This document shows, piece by piece, positions 1 to 7,034 of a stretch of 10,688 nt of DNA. Origin of the DNA: Candidatus Thalassarchaeaceae archaeon (GTDB lineage: Archaea; Thermoplasmatota; Poseidoniia; Poseidoniales; Thalassarchaeaceae); contig JASLKH010000058.1 of NCBI GenBank assembly GCA_030747675.1, forward strand, positions 1-10,688, given 5' to 3'. The stretch's first letter is position 1, and each line of letters opens with the position of its first letter. The notes under the pieces are model-generated. The model did no database searches and was not told the DNA's origin. It saw only the letters and a list, made by a program, of their open reading frames with translations. A program made the position numbers and the translations under genes.

Positions 1-308
1 GAGAAAAGTTGCCAAATACTTCTAAATTCGCCATTGTTTTTTCACTACTTTTGGCAACTTGGGGGACTTGGTCATATGCTATTGATGATGAAAACCTAGA
101 ATGGAAGGCAAGTGCAAAGAACTGCGAATGGAATGACAATCTCGGCTGGATTGATTCAGATGGAAATGATTGCACAAATTCCAAGGAGAAATGGGAGGAG
201 GTCGAAGGTCGGTCGGTCCGATCTTGGGTGTTTGGAGCGATATTCATCGCGCTATCTGTTTTCACAACAGAACCTCTCCTCGCAACCACGGCGAATGAAG
301 AAGAATAA
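1..308 (+). CDS. Hypothetical membrane protein, probably 5'-truncated; two hydrophobic segments flank an acidic loop containing a C-x15-C pair
   Basis: The frame is open from the window edge (GAA AAG TTG CCA...), so the TTG at 9 may not be the true start. Hydrophobic stretches are FAIVFSLLLATWGTWSYAI and WVFGAIFIALSVFTT. Stop TAA at 306-308. No family recognised. Confidence 0.7.
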   Translation, partial: EKLPNTSKFAIVFSLLLATWGTWSYAIDDENLEWKASAKNCEWNDNLGWIDSDGNDCTNSKEKWEEVEGRSVRSWVFGAIFIALSVFTTEPLLATTANEEE

Positions 309-1736
309 TTATTCAGGGAGGCGTGCTCGTACTTCCGAACCTGCGAAAGACTTCCCTTTCAGGGCATCTAACGCATGTTGTGCTTTTTCTCGGTGAATCT
401 CGACTATTGTTGCACCTGATTTTTCACTAATTTGACCAATTGCAATATCAGGTAATCTAGCTTCACTTGAGATGAATTCATGCACTGCTAATTTAGTTGA
501 TTTGGAAATATCCAAATGAATTGGAACCATTCCGAATACATCGGCGACTTCTCCCCAGTCCTGCTGTTTCCTAACTGGGTCCCTATCAACACCTTCCGGC
601 AAGCTTGGAGGAGGTACTTCCTGAACATCCATGTTCCAAGTAGAAATTATTTTCGTCATATTAGGTGCATCTTCACCACTAACAAAAGACCATGCAACAC
701 CTTTTCTCCCCATACGGCCAGTTCTGCCTATTCGATGCACATACGATTCAGAATCTGCTGGAATGTCATAATTAATGACTAGTGTCACACCCTCGACATC
801 TAATCCACGTGCGGCCACATCTGTAGCAACAACGATTCTTGTATTACCTTCACGGAAATCTGAGATTATACGCTCACGCTTATTTTGAGCCATATCTCCA
901 TGTAAACCAGTAGATGTGAAGCGGTGTCTATCTAATCGCTCAACAATTAAATCCACCATCCGCTTTGTATTTGAGAAAATAATTACTTGATCTTCTTTTG
1001 TGAGCGATACTAAAATTCTTCCAAGAACCCACAACTTGTTGGCTCTACCAATTCGAACCATATATTGTTCAATCTCTGGTACTTCAACATCTAAATCATC
1101 GCTCATGACATGTTCTGCATCAGAAATGAATTCATTGGCAGCTTCAAGGACTTCTTGGGGGAAGGTGGCGGAAAAAAGTAATGTTTGCTCCCTATTGACC
1201 ATTCTTTCAAGGCACCAAAGAATGTCTGGGAAGAAACCCATGTCCAGCATACGGTCCGCTTCATCCAAAGCAAAATTAGTGATGTTTTCAAGATTGATAT
1301 GGCCACGCTTTGTCATGTCGATTACACGACCAGGTGTACCGACAATAATATCGCACCCTGCGTCGAGTTTCGCTGCTTGCTTGTCAACATCAGTTCCACC
1401 ATAAACTGTCAAAATTTTGAGTCCTTTATTGCCCTGTAACCAACTTATTTCTTCGCCGACCTGCGTTGCAAGTTCACGAGTGGGGCACATGACCAAGGCT
1501 TGAACAACCCCCGTTGGATTACAATTTTCAATAATTGGTATTCCAAAAGCAACTGTCTTCCCAGAACCTGTTCTAGCCTGACCTACAACATCCCTCCCTG
1601 ATCTTGCCAAAGGAATTGCTTCTGCTTGAATCGGCGTGGCAAATTCCCAGCCTTTAGAATCAATTGCTTGTTGTATTTCGTTAGGCAAATCCCACGCTGT
1701 GAAGCGAGCGTTTGAAAGGGCATTAGTAGCAGACAT
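309..1736 (-). CDS. DEAD-box ATP-dependent RNA helicase with a C-terminal DbpA/CsdA-like RNA-binding domain
   Basis: All core motifs are present: Q (GWEFATPIQ), I (ARTGSGKT), Ia (PTRELA), Ib (TPGRV), II (DEAD), III (SAT), IV (IIFSNTK), V (TDVAARGLD), VI (HRIGRTGR). The last ~74 aa (IGQI..., VEI..., LKGKSFAGSEVRA) resemble the DbpA-type RRM domain. Confidence 0.96.
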   Translation of the reverse strand: MSATNALSNARFTAWDLPNEIQQAIDSKGWEFATPIQAEAIPLARSGRDVVGQARTGSGKTVAFGIPIIENCNPTGVVQALVMCPTRELATQVGEEISWLQGNKGLKILTVYGGTDVDKQAAKLDAGCDIIVGTPGRVIDMTKRGHINLENITNFALDEADRMLDMGFFPDILWCLERMVNREQTLLFSATFPQEVLEAANEFISDAEHVMSDDLDVEVPEIEQYMVRIGRANKLWVLGRILVSLTKEDQVIIFSNTKRMVDLIVERLDRHRFTSTGLHGDMAQNKRERIISDFREGNTRIVVATDVAARGLDVEGVTLVINYDIPADSESYVHRIGRTGRMGRKGVAWSFVSGEDAPNMTKIISTWNMDVQEVPPPSLPEGVDRDPVRKQQDWGEVADVFGMVPIHLDISKSTKLAVHEFISSEARLPDIAIGQISEKSGATIVEIHREKAQHALDALKGKSFAGSEVRARLPE

Positions 1737-1750
1737 TTTGGTCAGCTCAA

Positions 1751-1966
1751 TCAGAAGGTCTCATCTTCGAGTATTTCCTTCTGCAATTCACCCATCCAGT
1801 ATTTTTCACAGTTATCACGAGTCATTGCACGCCCTGTTTGGCGCACGTGCTCTTTGATGTACTGACGGAACTTGAGTAACTTGGTCCTGTTAACTCCCTT
1901 GGGTGTAATTCCATCCCAGAGATTATTGAACTGTTCACGCTTCGTATCGAAGGAATCCTCGGTCAT
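1751..1966 (-). CDS. Small hypothetical protein, about 71 aa (MTEDSFDTKREQFNNLWDG...)
   Basis: Fills the gap between the HEAT gene and the helicase, ending 14 nt before the helicase ATG. ATG 1966 has a GAGGA SD-like site upstream and lies just downstream of a promoter-like motif, so I prefer it to the ORF-track start at 1993. No family recognised. Confidence 0.75.
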   Translation of the reverse strand: MTEDSFDTKREQFNNLWDGITPKGVNRTKLLKFRQYIKEHVRQTGRAMTRDNCEKYWMGELQKEILEDETF

Positions 1967-1982
1967 GCTAAATCCTCGGATT

Positions 1983-2007
1983 CCGGCGACCAAACTCCCC
2001 TCTTTAA
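1983..2007 (-). promoter_or_regulatory. Putative promoter of the 71-aa ORF and helicase: TTAAAG box plus GGTCGCCGG element
   Basis: The minus strand reads TTAAAGAGGGGAGTTTGGTCGCCGG, ending 16 nt before ATG 1966. It shares 11 exact nt with 8911-8921. Confidence 0.55.
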
Positions 2008-2016
2008 CCGTGCCGC

Positions 2017-2031
2017 CTCCCCTACGGGGAG
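2017..2031. repeat. Perfect inverted repeat CTCCCC-TAC-GGGGAG
   Basis: Seen directly, between the HEAT gene stop (2050) and the downstream TATA-like box. Function unknown. Confidence 0.5.
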
Positions 2032-2049
2032 ACTGGATGCCTACTGAAG

Positions 2050-3342
2050 TTAGAAATCATCTTCGTCATCAGAACCATAATACAGTTCATCTTGTGTTGG
2101 ACGACGTGGATTATTTGACTTTGTTTCAGGCCTTTTTTCGCTGGCCTCCGGTTCTTTAAGTCGTGTTGCCGACTCAAGAGCCAATTCAGGGGGTGTGGCC
2201 ATTGAACCTTCGTCTCGTTCAACTTTTTCAGCAGGAGCCAAGAATGAGTTCTTTTGTTCCTCAGTCCCTTCTAATGATTCATCGACAGTCATCTCTACAA
2301 GTATCGATTTGATTTCTTCATCTGTTTCCTGCAATGCTAATTCTGCTGCGATAGTGCGCACTTCCGCTTCAACCAATATTATAGGAAGCATCTTGATGCA
2401 ATTCAAACGAATATTGCGATCTCTATGTCGTGTCCCGTCCATCAGCAGCCGCTGCATTCTGTAACTAGTTGGATCCATCTTTTTGAAAGCCTTGAGGGCC
2501 AATAGCCGAACTTGTTCATCTTCATCGAACAGTGCCATTTCTAAGGCAATTTGAGCGACCTTAGGCGCATGTTCTGCTAACGGAGTTAAGGAACGAGCGG
2601 AATTTCGGCGCACTGTGGCAGCTTCATCTTGCAGACACCACCCCACCAAATCCCATAGCGTAGCGGACTTGTGCTTTGTTAGTCGTGGCAGCAAGGCTGA
2701 TGCTTGTGTCCTTAAATCGACATCTTCCTCTCGAATTAATTCATCAATGTGCATTTCGGCAACTTCAGGCCATACGCTCGCAACTTCTTTCAACGCAATA
2801 AATGCATTTTTTCTCCGAGGAGCGTGGGATTCTCGGACTTCTTTACGAAGAGTTTCTTCTGTTGCCGAGGGGAATACTGGAGCGACTGTGATTAAGCACT
2901 TTTGTGCCGCCTTTCGTACTGAATCATCGACATCATCCAACAGCTCATGAAGATGTTCAAATAAATTTGTAGATTGCTGTAATGCACAATATGGGAGGCT
3001 GTATAAACCAGCAATACGCAAGGTCGAGTCAATATTACCAAGAGCATTTTCAAGTGCATCTTGAGCCGCAGATTGTTCTTTTCCACGGACCCGAGGAAGG
3101 GCACGTATTGCATCTACTCGGGTCAACAACTTTTCCTTATCTCTCCAAATTACAGATTCAACTTTTTTTTCACCTTTGGCCAACGGAAGAATTTGGTTGA
3201 GAGGTAGGGCATCCCAAGCGCCCTCTCCTGGTCGATAAGCCAAATCGACGCTGGCCTTACGTCTCCTTCCAACTTTCAGAGGCTTTCCCGTTTTGGGATC
3301 CCGTGCAATGTAATCACGCATAAAATCGAATCCTGCCTGCAT
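2050..3342 (-). CDS. HEAT-repeat (alpha-solenoid) protein, 430 aa, with a basic N-terminus and an acidic disordered C-terminus
   Basis: About 6-7 tandem ~34-aa helical repeats with the L..D.d..VR..A..aL pattern, e.g. LLDDVDDSVRKAAQKCL, LIREEDVDLRTQASALL, CLQDEAATVRRNSARSL, ALFDEDEQVRLLALKAF, GTRHRDRNIRLNCIKML. Alternative start ATG 3321. Confidence 0.85.
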   Translation of the reverse strand: MQAGFDFMRDYIARDPKTGKPLKVGRRRKASVDLAYRPGEGAWDALPLNQILPLAKGEKKVESVIWRDKEKLLTRVDAIRALPRVRGKEQSAAQDALENALGNIDSTLRIAGLYSLPYCALQQSTNLFEHLHELLDDVDDSVRKAAQKCLITVAPVFPSATEETLRKEVRESHAPRRKNAFIALKEVASVWPEVAEMHIDELIREEDVDLRTQASALLPRLTKHKSATLWDLVGWCLQDEAATVRRNSARSLTPLAEHAPKVAQIALEMALFDEDEQVRLLALKAFKKMDPTSYRMQRLLMDGTRHRDRNIRLNCIKMLPIILVEAEVRTIAAELALQETDEEIKSILVEMTVDESLEGTEEQKNSFLAPAEKVERDEGSMATPPELALESATRLKEPEASEKRPETKSNNPRRPTQDELYYGSDDEDDF

Positions 3343-3450
3343 TCCGACCTTTTCAAGGCCTCCGAATATTGGCCCGGATGATTACCATGAAGATGACCTT
3401 TGTCCCGTGAGGATGATAAACTATCGAGCATATACTTGTACGTGGGAAAT

Positions 3451-4023
3451 ATGCTAGAGGATTCCGACATATCACCTGACTTAGCCAACTTATTGGCACA
3501 AACATGGAAATCGTCTTGTGAAGAATCTATTGGCTTGGAAGAAATTTGTAGAATATGGTCGTACGATCTTGGATGGTTTGAAATTCAAAAAGCGATAGAA
3601 GTAAGAACGAATCTTATTGAATCGGGATGGCTAGTAACTGAAGGTGAATATATTCGACCTGCTATCGACATTACTGGTATTGATGTGCCATTCACTTGGA
3701 TGCCTGTAATGAGAATATTGGATAATCCACCACAATTTGTCAAGTCTGCTTCCGAAAATTTGGTTAAGAGGGGGAAAGAACAGGCTGATTTATCAGTTGA
3801 AACCATTGAACGAAAAGAACGACCAGTTGACCCTATTGTTGCACACATCAAGAAATTACTTGAAGAGATTTCGAAAATATCTGGTCTTGAAAAGAAGGAA
3901 GTTATGCGCCGTGCACAGAGGAAACGCAAAGCATTAGGTCCAGTAACTCTCTGGATGACATTGCTACTCGTTGCTCGTGAACAGAAACTTCCCATGCACC
4001 CTATTTTACAAAATATTTCATAG
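3451..4023 (+). CDS. DUF2240-like conserved archaeal protein
   Basis: Matches the DUF2240 pattern as I recall it: SYDLGWF...A......LIESGWL, IDVPFTWMP, and a C-terminal ISKISGLEKKEV...LLLVARE. ATG 3451 fits the usual N-terminal length; the ORF-track TTG at 3400 is the alternative start. Confidence 0.7.
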   Translation: MLEDSDISPDLANLLAQTWKSSCEESIGLEEICRIWSYDLGWFEIQKAIEVRTNLIESGWLVTEGEYIRPAIDITGIDVPFTWMPVMRILDNPPQFVKSASENLVKRGKEQADLSVETIERKERPVDPIVAHIKKLLEEISKISGLEKKEVMRRAQRKRKALGPVTLWMTLLLVAREQKLPMHPILQNIS

Positions 4024-6612
4024 ATCCTCGGAGGTTCCATTCTTCGACTGTGAGTCGAGCAAAAGGAACGTTGGAAGAAGAACTAAAGCGAGAATTAGAG
4101 AGAAGAATACAGTTATTGCAGTGACAACGCCAAAATCACGAACGACTGGCATTTCAGAAATTAGCAAAACTGCGAATCCACAGATTGTGGTCCCTGCTGA
4201 CAAAACCAGAGCCACACCTGTTGAAGCATATGTTTCCTTGAGGCCAGCCCACAAATCGTCTTCCTTTTCACGCGTAGCTTCAAATCTCTTCCATACATGG
4301 ATTGAGTAATCAATTCCTAAGCCAATTGTTAATGCTGTGACCATTACAGTTAGAACATTCCAATTTAGGTGCAACAAAGCCATGGCACCTACAACCCATG
4401 TTGCTGCCAGGGCTACTGGCATGACAATAATGAGGGCTGGTCCAATGCGTCGAGTCAATGCAAGTAATACAGTAAATGACACGATTAGACTTATGACTGT
4501 GGATTCTAATTGTGATTCAGTAAGGCCATCTAAGACCGCTTGTAAAGCAACCATATCACCAGAAATATGTACTTCTGCATTCACACCTGGCCACTCGGAA
4601 AACCGATCTACTGTGTCTGTTAAAGCAACTAAAACCCGCTCTGAATCTTGACTTGTTTCAACTTCAACAAGAATTTCCATGCGGATATACAATATCGAAG
4701 GTGTTGGGCCTTCATTGAAAGCAATAACTTTTGAAACACGTTCAGACCAACTTTCACCTGTAAGTGGATCGGATAAAGAATTATTTTGACTCAGATTGAA
4801 CAATGCCGCTGCAATATCCCCTCCTACGAAATTATCATCTTTAGCAAGTTTTGACTCGGCTATTTTGAGGTGATGTGATTCGCCAAATATAGCGTCTCCT
4901 TCAACTGCTTCCAGTAATATTGGGTATGGACCATCATACGCAGGATGTGCTTTTGTCCCAGTAGAATGGGGGGCGACGACCCCCTGTGTTGATGCAAGCC
5001 AAGTATCTAGAAAACCCAAAGCATTCAAAAATTGACCATTATCTGGTATTGATGTAGCATCAGTTTCAGGCTCCATCAAAATGTACACAGGTTTCCATCC
5101 GGCTGCATCGTAGGAGTCATACAATTCCGTTCGGCCCTGCATGACATCCATATCTTCATCAAGGAAGTCTGTCAAATCAAATTCTGTTTCTAAACGTGCA
5201 ACTGCGAAGATTATTGACCCAACTGTTAACAATGCAACTAAACCAATTACCTTTGCCTGATGGCTTCGCTGAATTTGGACCATGCCATCACTGAATTTAC
5301 CGAAGCGGGCCCACTCCCTTCCTCGTTCATGATCCTCAACATCTCGTTCCATGAATACATGAAGAGCACCAACCAAAACAGTAGAAGAAACAAATGCGCA
5401 GAAAACACCGAAGGCCAAAGCAAAACCGAATGTTCTTAATGGGGGGAGTGGAGACACGATGTTGGCGATGAAAGCGGCCATGGTCGTAATTACACCAAGC
5501 GTTAGAGCGACTTTTAATGTGTCAAAACCACGCAACCACGCATTCCCTGGAGACATACCGTCTGCACGGAAATTATTGTACTGCCTTTGCAAATGAATGC
5601 TGTAATCAATTCCCAAACCGAGTACGACTGGGGCGACTGCTACTTCAAGAACAGAGAATTCAACACCAACAAGTGCCATTCCACCGTAAGTCCAAACTAG
5701 TGCTGCAGATAAGCCAACCAAGGGAAATGCAACTCCCCGTGCTGAGCGGAATGCTATTGCGAGAAGAATTACGACTACGATTAATGCCCCAACAATAAGC
5801 ATTGCAAGTTCACCAAGAGTCCCTTTATTGATGTCGTAACTCATCAAATCTAAACTTGTAGAATGGAAATCAAGTGTTGTGTTATCTGATGCTTTGTCAA
5901 GATTATCTCGAATAATACTCTGATATATTTGTCGCTGTACGTCGTCCAAATTTGGAGATATCATCAACACCCATAATGTACTACTTGCAGACGGTGATGC
6001 ATCGCCCGAATAATTTTCTCGATCCTGTAAGTATTCGCAGATGGGGTCGTAATTCAAATCATTATGTAACAGACTGTCTTGAATGAATGAACCTGCTGAC
6101 AGTGCTCGATCATCACTCAAAGCATCACCGCAAATTGTATCTTGCTCTAAAATTCCATCTGCCAATTCCGCCCAAGAATTGTAATCCGAAAGAGTAGTTC
6201 CATTCGCATCTGATTCATCTAAAGCGAATTGAAGAATATTGGGTGCCGCGATTACGGATTCAATGTAATTTCCACCTTCCTCGGAATCAGTTATCAGTTC
6301 ATCAAGCACTGATTGTTGAATTTGTAAACTTTCTATACTAAGGGCATTTGAATCTAATTCATTATCAACAGTGATGTGAATAAACATGGGCCGGGATTCG
6401 GAAGGGAAATGTGCAGACATTCTATCCTCAGCTGATTGGGCTTCAGTTTCTGGTGAAAAGGCAGATAAATCTGTATCAAACGTAGGTAGCGGATACAATT
6501 GAATACCAAGGGCAAGGGTCAGTGCTATAGAAATTAGTAGAATCGGTAGGGCTGCGCGCTCAAACGAATCAGCCTCGACAAGTGTCACCGAGGTCGTATC
6601 GTCTCCACGCAT
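4018..6612 (-). CDS. MMPL/RND-superfamily transporter (archaeal COG1033-like), 864 aa
   Basis: Internally duplicated architecture: TM, large acidic extracytoplasmic loop, 5 TM, repeated twice. The signature GLGIDYSIH occurs in both halves. The C-terminal GxxTAITVFFSLILALVLLP helix is typical of MMPL proteins. Confidence 0.92.
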   Translation of the reverse strand: MRGDDTTSVTLVEADSFERAALPILLISIALTLALGIQLYPLPTFDTDLSAFSPETEAQSAEDRMSAHFPSESRPMFIHITVDNELDSNALSIESLQIQQSVLDELITDSEEGGNYIESVIAAPNILQFALDESDANGTTLSDYNSWAELADGILEQDTICGDALSDDRALSAGSFIQDSLLHNDLNYDPICEYLQDRENYSGDASPSASSTLWVLMISPNLDDVQRQIYQSIIRDNLDKASDNTTLDFHSTSLDLMSYDINKGTLGELAMLIVGALIVVVILLAIAFRSARGVAFPLVGLSAALVWTYGGMALVGVEFSVLEVAVAPVVLGLGIDYSIHLQRQYNNFRADGMSPGNAWLRGFDTLKVALTLGVITTMAAFIANIVSPLPPLRTFGFALAFGVFCAFVSSTVLVGALHVFMERDVEDHERGREWARFGKFSDGMVQIQRSHQAKVIGLVALLTVGSIIFAVARLETEFDLTDFLDEDMDVMQGRTELYDSYDAAGWKPVYILMEPETDATSIPDNGQFLNALGFLDTWLASTQGVVAPHSTGTKAHPAYDGPYPILLEAVEGDAIFGESHHLKIAESKLAKDDNFVGGDIAAALFNLSQNNSLSDPLTGESWSERVSKVIAFNEGPTPSILYIRMEILVEVETSQDSERVLVALTDTVDRFSEWPGVNAEVHISGDMVALQAVLDGLTESQLESTVISLIVSFTVLLALTRRIGPALIIVMPVALAATWVVGAMALLHLNWNVLTVMVTALTIGLGIDYSIHVWKRFEATREKEDDLWAGLKETYASTGVALVLSAGTTICGFAVLLISEMPVVRDFGVVTAITVFFSLILALVLLPTFLLLDSQSKNGTSEDL

Positions 6613-6719
6613 TGCTCATGCGATTGCATTTCAATTGATAAGCAGAGGGGCGAACAATCCACCGAAAGTTGGTAGTTAATTGACTGAAATTTTTCTTCAC
6701 ACATTGGCGAGCGGGCGTT

Positions 6720-6751
6720 GAAAGGCTCAAAAGGGAGAGGTCAGTCGGCGG
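6720..6751 (+). promoter_or_regulatory. Putative rpoL-truD promoter: BRE-like GAAAGG, TATA-like TCAAAAG, and GTCGGCGG element
   Basis: GAAAGGCTCAAAAGGGAGAGGTCAGTCGGCGG; the TATA-like box is about 30 nt upstream of ATG 6762. Confidence 0.55.
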
Positions 6752-6761
6752 TTCGGTCATC

Positions 6762-7025
6762 ATGGCGATAAAGGTACTACTGGACGAAGGACAAGAACTG
6801 CGCATACGCATTACTGGTGAGAGCCACACGGCTTTGCAACTATTCCGTTCCAGACTCAATGATCACAAAGATGTTGACTATGCAAATTACTTCATTGGCC
6901 ATCCTGAACTCGATGAGCCTGAATTCTACCTCCGAGTTAATAAAGGCAAAAACCCCTCGAAAATTTTGCAGACACTATGCAAAGACATAACAAAAGAATT
7001 TGATGGCCTAACTCTACCCAAGTAG
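6762..7025 (+). CDS. rpoL: DNA-directed RNA polymerase subunit L (Rpo11)
   Basis: 87 aa with the Rpo11/RPB11 signature I.GESHT..QL.R..L....DV.YANY.I.HP..DEP.F.L.V. Confidence 0.93.
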   Translation: MAIKVLLDEGQELRIRITGESHTALQLFRSRLNDHKDVDYANYFIGHPELDEPEFYLRVNKGKNPSKILQTLCKDITKEFDGLTLPK

Positions 7026-7034
7026 GGTGATTGA

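Noticed and set aside
112-1857. ORFs at 112-396, 516-782, 1000-1404, 1103-1306, 1185-1439 and 1636-1857
   Set aside because: They are antisense or alternate-frame shadows of the helicase, with Ser-rich or compositionally odd translations and no motifs.
2050-3342. Calling the HEAT protein a cohesin regulator (PDS5), importin or phycobilin lyase
   Set aside because: Generic HEAT repeats match many such profiles, and no SMC/kleisin or phycobilin genes are in the window.
1872-3488. ORFs at 1872-2159, 2022-2222, 2195-2464, 2615-2950, 2892-3113, 2982-3200 and 3276-3488
   Set aside because: They overlap the HEAT gene or its neighbours in other frames and show no recognisable features. The 3276-3488 ORF does not supply the missing HU N-terminal half.
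6613-6761. 150-nt intergenic region as a possible ncRNA or riboswitch
   Set aside because: It is explained by two divergent promoters, and I saw no extended stable stems.
3585-6859. ORFs at 3585-4040, 3737-3937, 3971-4309, 4337-4651, 5517-5798 and 6569-6859
   Set aside because: They are shadows of DUF2240, the RND gene and rpoL.
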